A stretch of 57,191 nucleotides of DNA from a virus. Taxonomy: Duplodnaviria > Caudoviricetes. This document shows positions 21,500 through 30,017 of the stretch, in pieces (position 1 is the stretch's first letter; every line of letters begins with the position of its first letter). A program made the position numbers and the translations under genes. The notes below the pieces were generated by a model. The model did no database searches. It was not told where the DNA came from and was given only the letters and a program-made list of their open reading frames with translations. The stretch lies in the IMG/VR virus record IMGVR_UViG_3300028394_000089, positions 1 to 57,191 of that record; one strand, given 5' to 3'.

Positions 21500-21889
21500 A
21501 TGAAAACAGAAATTAAAGCCGACGCTGCTAGTGCAGGAACATACATCGCCACCCTTTTAAATGCAGGGACTTCTTTGCATTACTTACATTTTAGAACTCG
21601 TAGCTTCTCTATTCATGAAGCTCTTGGCGATTTATACGAGAGTGTTATTGGTTTTGCAGACACACTAACCGAAGCTTATCAAGGTCGTCATCAAATTCTA
21701 CTTGATTTCCCTTCTCAGTCTGTGGCAATGCCAACAAATGAATTAGAATTTGTTTTAAAACTTCATTCTTATGTAATTAATGCAAGATACTCTTTCGCAC
21801 CAGCGGAAGAGACTGAATTGCAAAATATTATTGATGAATTGATTGGAGCTATTGATAAAGCCGCCTATAAAATTAAGTTTCTTGCCTAA
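21500..21889 (+). CDS. ferritin/Dps-like four-helix protein (DUF5856-like)
   Basis: H..H...SF..HEALG..YE......D...EAYQG ... LQNIIDE. Confidence 0.75.
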   Translation: MKTEIKADAASAGTYIATLLNAGTSLHYLHFRTRSFSIHEALGDLYESVIGFADTLTEAYQGRHQILLDFPSQSVAMPTNELEFVLKLHSYVINARYSFAPAEETELQNIIDELIGAIDKAAYKIKFLA

Positions 21890-21891
21890 TA

Positions 21892-22458
21892 ATGAGTAGC
21901 TTATTTCCAGTTCTTGAGGCTGTTGAATATAAAAATAAAGCATTATATATCAAAGTAAAAGAAGCTGCTGATAAAAAATTCGCTAAAGATAGTTACGTTA
22001 AAAATCTTTGGATTATTCGTGAATATAAAAAACGTGGTGGCGAAGTAGCTTACGAAGGTAAAAAACCTTCTAATACTTCTATACAAAAACAAGTAAAAAG
22101 TCATCAAGATATATTTACTGTATCATATTGCGCTGAATGTTCAGATAGTGAGTTTGGAACTGAAGAACTGGTTATTTGCGAAGTGGAAGCCAAAGAAGCT
22201 CATAAAAAATTAAATAAACCGTTTAGAACTCCAAAAGGCCCAAAAAAGTTTAGCGTTTACGTTAAAAATGATAAAGGTAACATTGTTAAAGTAAACTTTG
22301 GATCTCCAGATATGGCAATCAGAAGAGATGAGCCAGCTAGAAGAAAAAGTTTTCGCGCGCGCATGAGATGCGATAGTCCAGGACCAAAATGGAAAGCACG
22401 TTATTGGGCTTGTAAAACTTGGGAAGCTGGAAAGACTGTTACACAAATTGTAAGTTAA
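21892..22458 (+). CDS. hypothetical basic phage protein
   Basis: YKKRGG module plus KKFSVYV..KVNFG..RRKSFRAR..C..ARYW module. Confidence 0.75.
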   Translation: MSSLFPVLEAVEYKNKALYIKVKEAADKKFAKDSYVKNLWIIREYKKRGGEVAYEGKKPSNTSIQKQVKSHQDIFTVSYCAECSDSEFGTEELVICEVEAKEAHKKLNKPFRTPKGPKKFSVYVKNDKGNIVKVNFGSPDMAIRRDEPARRKSFRARMRCDSPGPKWKARYWACKTWEAGKTVTQIVS

Positions 22459-22460
22459 CC

Positions 22461-22488
22461 TTGACTAAACATAAAATCTTGTTACTAT
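22461..22488 (+). promoter_or_regulatory. sigma70-like promoter, leaderless
   Basis: TTGACT-16-TACTAT, ATG 7 nt downstream. Confidence 0.65.
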
Positions 22489-22495
22489 AGATATT

Positions 22496-22792
22496 ATGAT
22501 AGTAACATGGACGGTAAAAGGCTCGGATTGGCAACAATCCATTAAAGCAAATATTAACTCAAATCCAGGGGAAATCGCCACACAATGTGTGGAAAAATTA
22601 ATAAACACTCTTAAAGAGGAAGGAGATGAAGCTAGTTTTGGAGCAATACTCGGTATTAGCCATTCACAAATGAAAAGTGATGAAGAGCATTATTTTATGT
22701 ACGCCCCTTTAGTACTTGCTAACGCTGGCTTTTATGAAGATGCGGATGCTTTAGAAAAAGCCATAGATTTAGACTCTAGTCTCAAAGAATGA
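22496..22792 (+). CDS. hypothetical protein
   Basis: ORF downstream of a promoter and coupled to the next gene. Confidence 0.7.
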   Translation: MIVTWTVKGSDWQQSIKANINSNPGEIATQCVEKLINTLKEEGDEASFGAILGISHSQMKSDEEHYFMYAPLVLANAGFYEDADALEKAIDLDSSLKE

Positions 22793-24024
22793 AAGAATCC
22801 TTAACCTATGATGAGTATAGAGAGATTATGGAGTCTCTTATAGAACATCATGGGATATTTTACCAATTCTGGAGGATCTGTAAACCAGTATTCTCTAATG
22901 AAGTACCGACTGCTTGTGTTGGATTTGATAAAGACGCAAATTGTATTGAATTTTTAATTAATAAAAAATTCTGGAATAAGCAATCAGAACACAATAAAAA
23001 ATTTGTAATTGCCCATGAGTGTATACATGTTATCCATTCACACGGAAAACGTGCTGGTAAAAAAATGTCGCCAGCGGCTAACCAAGCAATGGACATTGTA
23101 GTTAACGAATCACTTGTTAAATACTTTGGATTTGATCGCAAACAATTCGACCCAAAAAATCAATACTATTGGCTAAACACAAGTTTTGATAAAGAGGATA
23201 ATGTATTGCCTTGGAATAATTTTGAATATTACTATAACCTTTTGCTTAAAGATAGTACAAAAATAAAAAATAAACAATTAGTCAGTGATCATGGCGGCCT
23301 TGGAGATATTCCAGAAGAGAGCGCTCAAGAAATTATTAATCAATTAAGTGAAGAAGAAACTGAAACACTTAAAAATATAACAGAAGATGCTGAAAAAAAT
23401 AGCCGTAAAAATGAAAAACAAATCGGAAATACCAAGGGTGGGTTGATTCAAAAATTAAATAATAAAGCGGTTCCTGTAAAAAAGAAATGGGAAACAATTA
23501 TTAAACGTTTTGAAAAGAAAATGACAAAAGATGAATCTCTTGAAAATCATTGGATAATGAAAGACAGGCGCCTTTTTAATTTAAATTTTGATATATTTTT
23601 ACCTTCTGATATCGAACAAACGGTAAGAAAAACTGAAGCCAATAAAATTGCAACTTGGTTTTTTATGGATACTAGTGGATCTTGCTGGGGTCTAGCTCCA
23701 AGATTTTTCCGCGCGGCTAAAAGTTTAAATCCAGATAAATTTGACGTACAATTTTTTGCATTTGATACTGATGTTTATAAAGTTGATTTAAAAAAGAATA
23801 AACTAGCTGGCGGCGGCGGAACCAGCTTTAGATGTGTTACGGATTACGTCTATAAAAAACATGCACAAAACCCTTATGTTTGGGTAATCACTGACGGATG
23901 GGGCAATGGGGCTAGCATCCCAGAAGAGCAACGCAAAAAATGGAATTGGTTTTTAACAAGCGATGGAACTACTGCTTATATACCTAATGGTTGTAAAATT
24001 CATTCTTTAAAAGATTTTGAGTAG
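22789..24024 (+). CDS. HExxH metallopeptidase-vWA domain protein (DUF2201-like)
   Basis: PTA, AHECIH, N.A.D..VN; MIDAS DTSGS, GGGTSF, ITDG. Confidence 0.88.
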   Translation: MKESLTYDEYREIMESLIEHHGIFYQFWRICKPVFSNEVPTACVGFDKDANCIEFLINKKFWNKQSEHNKKFVIAHECIHVIHSHGKRAGKKMSPAANQAMDIVVNESLVKYFGFDRKQFDPKNQYYWLNTSFDKEDNVLPWNNFEYYYNLLLKDSTKIKNKQLVSDHGGLGDIPEESAQEIINQLSEEETETLKNITEDAEKNSRKNEKQIGNTKGGLIQKLNNKAVPVKKKWETIIKRFEKKMTKDESLENHWIMKDRRLFNLNFDIFLPSDIEQTVRKTEANKIATWFFMDTSGSCWGLAPRFFRAAKSLNPDKFDVQFFAFDTDVYKVDLKKNKLAGGGGTSFRCVTDYVYKKHAQNPYVWVITDGWGNGASIPEEQRKKWNWFLTSDGTTAYIPNGCKIHSLKDFE

Positions 24025-24055
24025 ACTTTTATAAAAATCTTCTTATAATAACGAT

Positions 24056-25090
24056 ATGGCTAATGATCTAGTAATGATTAAAAATAAATTAAACCAATAT
24101 TTTAAATTGGGTAAAAATGTATTACTAGAAGGGAAACACGGAACTGGGAAGACAAGCCTTGTTACCGAAGTATTTGATAAAAATTGCAAAAATTGGCTTT
24201 ACTTCTCTGGTTCCACTCTTGACCCTTGGGTTGATTTTATTGGAGTTCCAAAAGAAGTCAAACGTGGAAATGAATATGTATTATCTTTCGTGCTACCAGA
24301 AAAAATGAGTGACGAAAGTGTAGAAGCTATTTTTATTGACGAGTACAATCGTAGTCACAAAAAAGTTCGTAATGGAACAATGGAGCTAATTCAATTTAAA
24401 AGTATTAATGGTCGTAAGTTCCCGAATCTCAAAGTAGTATGGGCAGCAATTAATCCCAGTGATGATGACGACGAACTTTACGACGTAGAAACTCTTGATG
24501 CGGCTCAAACAGACCGTTTTCAAGTACAAATTAAAGTTCCATTTATTCCCGATTACGATTATTTTGTTAAAAAATTTGGACTAGATCATACAAAATCCGC
24601 CCTTGAATGGTGGAATGGGATGCCAGATAAAGCCAAAAAAATGGTTTCACCACGCCGCTTAGACTATGCTCTTGAAATTTTTAGGGAGGGTGGGGATGTA
24701 TTTGATGTTCTTCCGCTCGAAACAAACCCTACAAAACTCTTGGCGACTCTAAAGGTGGGAAGTCTAGAGGATAAACTAAAAAGTTTATTTAAAGCCAAAA
24801 ATGCCGATAAAGCAAAAACTTTCTTCGAACAAGAAAACAACTTCCAAGCGGCGCTACCTATTATTAAAAGAAATAATGAATATTTGAAATTTTTTCTGCC
24901 CACTGTAGATAATGAAAGAATTTCTTCTTTATTCTTTAGTGACAATAAATTTCGTGAATTTATTTTAGAACATGCTCCATATTTTAAACCAGCTCTTGAA
25001 GAAATTTCTAAACTAAAGTCTTTAAACAAAAATGATTTGGGTCAAATTAATCAAGCTCTAAAACAAGTAGGAAATATTACTTATTTTTAA
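24056..25090 (+). CDS. MoxR-like AAA+ ATPase
   Basis: GKHGTGKT, FIDEYNR, AAINP, LD.A..DRF, SPR. Confidence 0.88.
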   Translation: MANDLVMIKNKLNQYFKLGKNVLLEGKHGTGKTSLVTEVFDKNCKNWLYFSGSTLDPWVDFIGVPKEVKRGNEYVLSFVLPEKMSDESVEAIFIDEYNRSHKKVRNGTMELIQFKSINGRKFPNLKVVWAAINPSDDDDELYDVETLDAAQTDRFQVQIKVPFIPDYDYFVKKFGLDHTKSALEWWNGMPDKAKKMVSPRRLDYALEIFREGGDVFDVLPLETNPTKLLATLKVGSLEDKLKSLFKAKNADKAKTFFEQENNFQAALPIIKRNNEYLKFFLPTVDNERISSLFFSDNKFREFILEHAPYFKPALEEISKLKSLNKNDLGQINQALKQVGNITYF

Positions 25091-25275
25091 CAATAAAAAA
25101 GTTCTTTAAAAAAGCTCCAGCTAGCCGCGCTAGCTACCCCCAGCTGCGCCGTAAAAGCTGCAGTATAAGTTATCTGACTGAATAAAAGTAGGACAGACAC
25201 AGCGAATAGTAATAATGAAACGACTCCTAGAGTATTTAAACAATGATTAATAGCTTGTTTCATTTTTTTACTCAT
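25087..25275 (-). CDS. small membrane protein
   Basis: 62 aa with two hydrophobic stretches. Confidence 0.5.
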   Translation of the reverse strand: MSKKMKQAINHCLNTLGVVSLLLFAVSVLLLFSQITYTAAFTAQLGVASAASWSFFKELFYC

Positions 25276-25279
25276 GGTA

Positions 25280-25597
25280 TTAATTAGTTTTATTCGTTAA
25301 AACAGCTACGGCTCTTTCGATCTCTCTTAGCCTGAGCTCTATAAGTTCTAATGATTTAGTCTGAGTATTATCAATTTGATTTTTAATTTCTAATTGGCCC
25401 AAAATTAATTCAATTTTTTGGATCTGGTCTTGGCTTTTCTGAAACTCTGTACGGGTAATAAATGTATTTTGTAAGTAAAGGCTTGCCATCATAAAACCCA
25501 AAATAGCCAATTTCCAGATATTATCAAAAGATAAGAGTTCGTGGAGAGTAATTGGCTTTGGATTATTTGCAACAATTTTTTTATTAGAGGCTAACAT
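25280..25597 (-). CDS. membrane-anchored coiled-coil protein (holin/spanin-like candidate)
   Basis: One TM segment followed by a heptad-rich C-terminus; start taken at MLASN. Confidence 0.55.
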   Translation of the reverse strand: MLASNKKIVANNPKPITLHELLSFDNIWKLAILGFMMASLYLQNTFITRTEFQKSQDQIQKIELILGQLEIKNQIDNTQTKSLELIELRLREIERAVAVLTNKTN

Positions 25598-25627
25598 AAT
25601 TGAGCTATATAATATATTACACACAAA

Positions 25628-26281
25628 ATGGCTTATTTGAATATTCCAATTCCACCTATAGAATGTTACGTTAGAGGTAATTTTTTAAGAAATCAACAGG
25701 ATTCATTCGATAAAAAATTCGAATGTTATATTTTTGGAATGAGTTCCATTCCCAATAAAACCCCGTTATTTCATTTTATGATGAGTGATGGCGGGATATG
25801 GTGGAGGATGCCATTACATGCATTTTGCTGGAAAGAAGACGCACAAGAACAGGAGTTAGACGAAATTGTTCTTTGGGATTCTTACTCCTACTATGTTTCT
25901 ATTACTCAATTTCCAATGTTAAAAAATTCTCCAGTGCAATTTATAAGTAGGCGTAAAAATAAATATAAAGGTAAGATTATTTTTACACTAGACTGGGGCC
26001 AGGAAGATAGAACTATTCCATATGTTGGATTTTCTGAACATCCTTCTCAACATAAATGTGGACATTTTATTATGATGGATAATGGCAATTACGCTATACA
26101 ACCAAATAATAGATTATTAGTTTTTGATAGTACTTTTTATACGAATAAAAAGCAGTTAATAGAAAGAAAATATAATTCACAAGAATGGTCTTCCGAAGGC
26201 AACCCTAAATGGATGACCCCAGATAGTGATAACATATCATTTGATTTTATAAATACAGAAACAAATGAAGATAATATTTGA
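25628..26281 (+). CDS. hypothetical phage protein
   Basis: 217-aa ORF with MAYLN..IP, W.RMP..AF, HKC.H, QPNNR motifs. Confidence 0.75.
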   Translation: MAYLNIPIPPIECYVRGNFLRNQQDSFDKKFECYIFGMSSIPNKTPLFHFMMSDGGIWWRMPLHAFCWKEDAQEQELDEIVLWDSYSYYVSITQFPMLKNSPVQFISRRKNKYKGKIIFTLDWGQEDRTIPYVGFSEHPSQHKCGHFIMMDNGNYAIQPNNRLLVFDSTFYTNKKQLIERKYNSQEWSSEGNPKWMTPDSDNISFDFINTETNEDNI

Positions 26282-26843
26282 CCATACAAATGGGGAGTTT
26301 AATAAAAATGGAAATTCTTTACTAGAAGTTTTTGCTATAAAAGAGGACGAATCTGATGAATATATGTTTAATAATGGATGGTTACCATTTCAAAATAAAT
26401 GGTATCAAACAAGGTCTTCAAGATTAAAACTCGCCACAATATCAAAAAGAAGAAACAAAGAATTATCAAAAATTAATATATCATATTGTAAGAATGTTTT
26501 TGATATAGCTGATAAAGCAATTAATTATGAAAAATTTGATTATAATTATTTAAAAGACTATCTTAAATTAAATCATTTTAAATTTTTTTTTGATGATTGT
26601 TTTTGTGGGGTTGTTAATCTGGTTGGCAACATTCCATATTATACATTTATGATCTGGGATGAATCTCATAAAGATCATTCTTATGGCACGTTATCTTTTT
26701 ATTATCTTATAGATAAATTATATAATGAAGGGCATGAATATTTATATACATCCGAATATTATCCCATTTTTTCTTATAAAAAAACTTTACCAGGTTTCGA
26801 ATGGTGGGATGGAAAAGATTGGACTACTGAAGATAAGTCTTGA
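26265..26843 (+). CDS. aminoacyl-tRNA-protein transferase (ATE/Bpt)-like GNAT-fold protein
   Basis: GW near the N-terminus, R..R, SYGTLS, YLY..., YK..LPGFEWW resemble the ATE C-terminal motifs. Confidence 0.55.
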   Translation: MKIIFDHTNGEFNKNGNSLLEVFAIKEDESDEYMFNNGWLPFQNKWYQTRSSRLKLATISKRRNKELSKINISYCKNVFDIADKAINYEKFDYNYLKDYLKLNHFKFFFDDCFCGVVNLVGNIPYYTFMIWDESHKDHSYGTLSFYYLIDKLYNEGHEYLYTSEYYPIFSYKKTLPGFEWWDGKDWTTEDKS

Positions 26844-26876
26844 TTTAGAATTCAGTTAATTATATTATATCCAACA

Positions 26877-27557
26877 ATGAGTAATACTGTTGAGTTAATT
26901 GGTTACTATGGTTCAGACGACGTTCACGCTTGTTCAGCTTGGACTTCGACAAGTAGAGAAATTACAGAAGAAAAGCGCGCGCGAATTCCAAGTTTATTAA
27001 AAATGCTCGCGGAAGCTGGGCATCACACTCCATTTGAAAAATCTTCATTACATTTTTTAGTTAACTGCGATATCGCTAGCCATATTCATTTGATAAAACA
27101 TCGCGTTGGAGTTTCCGTAAATGGAGAAAGTGCAAGATATAAAGAGATTAAAGAGGACAAATTTTATATTCCAAATGATTGGGTTGCACTAGATGAGGAA
27201 GACCCAGATGGTTGGGCTGGTAATTCTCATGAATCCATGTCTGTTTATAGTTGGGCTGGAGTACTTGAGGAGTACACCGAACAGGGAAATAAATATTATC
27301 ATCAATGTTTAAAAGATCTAACACCAATAATTGGACGTAAACGCGCAAAAGAAAGCGCAAGATATTTTAAAGGTTACAACTCACAGATTCAAGCAGACGT
27401 AATGTTTAACTGGAGATCATTCTATCATTTCCTAGAGCTTCGCAATAAAGAAGACGCTCAAAAAGAAATTCGAGAAATAGCGGTTAATATGCTAGAACTC
27501 GTAAGAAATATTGATGGTAATCCTTTTAAATATACCATTGAAGCTTTTGGATATTAA
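26877..27557 (+). CDS. thyX: FAD-dependent thymidylate synthase
   Basis: GHHTPFE, KHR..SVNGESARY, NWRS..HFL.LR...AQ.EIR. Confidence 0.95.
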   Translation: MSNTVELIGYYGSDDVHACSAWTSTSREITEEKRARIPSLLKMLAEAGHHTPFEKSSLHFLVNCDIASHIHLIKHRVGVSVNGESARYKEIKEDKFYIPNDWVALDEEDPDGWAGNSHESMSVYSWAGVLEEYTEQGNKYYHQCLKDLTPIIGRKRAKESARYFKGYNSQIQADVMFNWRSFYHFLELRNKEDAQKEIREIAVNMLELVRNIDGNPFKYTIEAFGY

Positions 27558-27599
27558 AATTAATTTTTAATTATACTCTTATATAAGATATTATATATT

Positions 27600-28085
27600 G
27601 TGGAGTTAGAACAGTTACTCAATGTAAAAGAACTAGCAGGGCTGAATTTAGAAATTATGTTCGGCGCTGTTCCTAGAAATTTAGTTGGTGATAATTCTAA
27701 AAAATTTAATAAGCGTAAAACAAAAAATTTATTTTATGTAATTTTTGGAGTTTTCTTAAAAGAATCTCATCAATATATAGTATTTTCTAGTGTTTTTAAA
27801 TCAAAACGCAATCGTCTTGATGGAAGTTTATTTGAAGAAATAATGGTTGATTCTGCAGTTTATGAAGATGAAAAGGATGTTTTAAATCATATTTATGATT
27901 TTATAAATAGTTTTTCAGACCATGACAGATTTATTAACGAAGAGATAGCTCAATTAGAAATGATGCCAGCACAAGAAGCATTTAATTACTTGGTACTATG
28001 GAATAAAGGAGTTTTTGATTACTTTAACGATCTATTGAAGACACAAAAGGTAAAAAAAAATGGATTGTTTAATCTTTTTAAGTAA
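27600..28085 (+). CDS. hypothetical protein
   Basis: 161-aa ORF, GTG start. Confidence 0.7.
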   Translation: MELEQLLNVKELAGLNLEIMFGAVPRNLVGDNSKKFNKRKTKNLFYVIFGVFLKESHQYIVFSSVFKSKRNRLDGSLFEEIMVDSAVYEDEKDVLNHIYDFINSFSDHDRFINEEIAQLEMMPAQEAFNYLVLWNKGVFDYFNDLLKTQKVKKNGLFNLFK

Positions 28086-28094
28086 TATAAAGAT

Positions 28095-28310
28095 ATGTAT
28101 TGGCCGTGTATGAAAATATTTAAAGGTAGTGATACTTGGAAAAAATTACCTAAACAAATGAGGTGGAGTTTTCTTGGTGTGTGGAAATTAGAAGATTCTC
28201 AAATGCATTCTGAGCATCCCGAGTATAAACTTCAACCAAATATGAGTTATATTAATAAAAGAAAGACTGGATTTAAACCCCCAGTAAAACCCGAAGAATC
28301 AGAAGGTTAA
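28095..28310 (+). CDS. hypothetical protein
   Basis: 71-aa ORF. Confidence 0.55.
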   Translation: MYWPCMKIFKGSDTWKKLPKQMRWSFLGVWKLEDSQMHSEHPEYKLQPNMSYINKRKTGFKPPVKPEESEG

Positions 28311-28648
28311 TTTTGATAAGTAATATAAGCCCAAATTTTTCCAGCACCAGTCGTTGGAGTAGCAAGTCTTACAGATGGGATTGGGGAATCTAAAAATGCT
28401 GGCGACATATAACCTGTAACACCAGTAGCCGTATAAAAAATATAATTATCATTAATTCCACCCCGTATAAACTGGGAATCATACCTACTTAAAAGAGATT
28501 CTCCTTGTAAATTAATAGTCGCAGTATTGCCACTGACATATGCTACGATTAAAGCGTTACGACTTAAGGCAGTATTAACCCAATCGCCAGTAAAAGGAAG
28601 TGATTGTCCAGTAGCTAAATAGTCAGTTTTAATTAAAAAGGAATTCAT
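28307..28648 (-). CDS. hypothetical beta-rich protein, possibly virion-associated
   Basis: 113-aa ORF preceded by GTGTAAT. Confidence 0.65.
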   Translation of the reverse strand: MNSFLIKTDYLATGQSLPFTGDWVNTALSRNALIVAYVSGNTATINLQGESLLSRYDSQFIRGGINDNYIFYTATGVTGYMSPAFLDSPIPSVRLATPTTGAGKIWAYITYQN

Positions 28649-28706
28649 ACTAGTCTCTAATTACACATAAAATTGATAGTTTTAATTATAATAATTAATA
28701 TATTAT

Positions 28707-29123
28707 GTGAAAAAAGAAAAAGCTAAAACTTTTTTAAGAGAAATATGTCGAGAATATGACGTTAAGGTTATATTTCGCAAATTAGGTAAAGACATAGATG
28801 GAGAATGCGACTCTAAGGCTAATTTTATTAATATTGATAAAAATTTAACTGCAAAAGAAATGGCTCAAGCGGTTTTTCATGAACTCGGCCACGTTTATTG
28901 TATAAGAAAAAGCATTTGGGAAAAATTTCATGAAGATCCAGAATACCCAGCTCTTAAGAGTTTTAAAGTAGAAAATTGGGTGGAATGGTGGGCTAAACGC
29001 GAATGGGATGCCCATGGAATGAGAAAAATATTTGGACAGTATCAATTTGTTTATCTAAAAAAGAATAAAAATGAATTAATAAAATGGTTTAAAAATCATT
29101 TTAACGCGCCAAGATTATCATGA
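28707..29123 (+). CDS. HExxH zincin-like (ImmA/IrrE-like) metallopeptidase
   Basis: G.C...I.I.K......VFHELGH. Confidence 0.7.
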   Translation: MKKEKAKTFLREICREYDVKVIFRKLGKDIDGECDSKANFINIDKNLTAKEMAQAVFHELGHVYCIRKSIWEKFHEDPEYPALKSFKVENWVEWWAKREWDAHGMRKIFGQYQFVYLKKNKNELIKWFKNHFNAPRLS

Positions 29124-29389
29124 AGCATATTATTACTGAAACTTTTGGGGCTATAATGACAATTAGTTTTATGTTTTGTTATGTGCCACAAATCATAACT
29201 ATTTTTAAAAATAAATTTTCGCGCGGACTTTCCCTAGGGCTTATCCTTATGTCAATTTGCGGCTATATATCTGGAATGATATACATGTTTCTAACACAAT
29301 TTGGTATATGGTGGTTTTTAAATTATTGCGTTGGGCTTATAATGTGTGTAGTATTAGTCTACGCTTGGTTCAAATTTAGAAAAAATTAG
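29120..29389 (+). CDS. PQ-loop / SemiSWEET-like 3-TM transporter
   Basis: YVPQI..., S.GLS, three hydrophobic helices, 89 aa. Confidence 0.8.
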   Translation: MKHIITETFGAIMTISFMFCYVPQIITIFKNKFSRGLSLGLILMSICGYISGMIYMFLTQFGIWWFLNYCVGLIMCVVLVYAWFKFRKN

Positions 29390-29407
29390 TTCTTTAACAT
29401 TTTAATT

Positions 29408-29482
29408 GGGGGTGCAGCACGAAGGTGGTGCAGTCGGTTTACATCCGAAAGGTTGAGATTTCGAAATTCTCCACCCCTACCA
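29408..29482 (+). tRNA. tRNA-Val(TAC)
   Basis: GGGGGTG/CACCCCT acceptor, TCGG-TTTACAT-CCGA, TTCGAA loop, encoded CCA. Confidence 0.85.
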
Positions 29483-29588
29483 TTTTGGGTTAATTTTATA
29501 AATGGAGCCGACATTCTTTTTCTAGGGAACCCCCTAGGAAGAGTTAAAATTAGTCCAGAGCAGTCGCGGGTAAACTGTTCACTATTTA

Positions 29589-29664
29589 GGGGTCTGGGGC
29601 TGCTAGGCGTGGCCACCAAGCTTGCACCTTGGTTTTCAGATCGGTTCGAATCCGATAGACTCCA
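29589..29664 (+). tRNA. tRNA-Ala(TGC)
   Basis: GGGGTCT/AGACTCC with G3:U70, CCAAG-CTTGCAC-CTTGG, GTTCGAATC. Confidence 0.9.
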
Positions 29665-29667
29665 TTT

Positions 29668-29739
29668 CCCCATGTATTCCAATGCAGAGAAAACCGCTTT
29701 AGAAGCGGCAAAGTGTAGGTTCAAATCCTACCATGGGGA
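29668..29739 (+). tRNA. tRNA-Leu(TAG), short variable loop
   Basis: CCCCATG/CATGGGG, CCGC-TTTAGAA-GCGG, GTAGG-TTCAAAT-CCTAC. Confidence 0.85.
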
Positions 29740-29809
29740 CTTTTCTTCTTGATTTATAAATAAATTTGCTTATAATGAATAAAACGTATGAAGCAAGTGC
29801 TCTACTACA

Positions 29810-30016
29810 ATGAAACCTAGAAAAACAAGAAAGCCTAGAAAACCTAATAATCTCAGTGAAAAAGAATACATAAAACTTTTTGCTGAGGTTCTAATTTGGC
29901 TTTCAGAGCAGGAAGAGTGGACAAAGATGGTAGAAAATTTAAATAAAGATTATGTACATAAACAAATAGAAGTTGAAACACTACTTAATTTAATGTTTGA
30001 TTTAGATCCTTTTTGA
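29810..30016 (+). CDS. hypothetical protein
   Basis: 68 aa with a basic (KPR) repeated N-terminus. Confidence 0.6.
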   Translation: MKPRKTRKPRKPNNLSEKEYIKLFAEVLIWLSEQEEWTKMVENLNKDYVHKQIEVETLLNLMFDLDPF

Positions 30017-30017
30017 T

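Noticed and set aside
29495-29562. Possible twister ribozyme (UAAAUGGAGC...UCCAGAG resembles L1/P2)
   Set aside because: The required L4 loop with AAGC and the T1 pairing are absent; retained only as an unassigned structure
29386-29752. ORFs 29386..29724(-) and 29453..29752(+)
   Set aside because: They overlap three tRNA genes; open frames arise from the GC-rich RNA sequence
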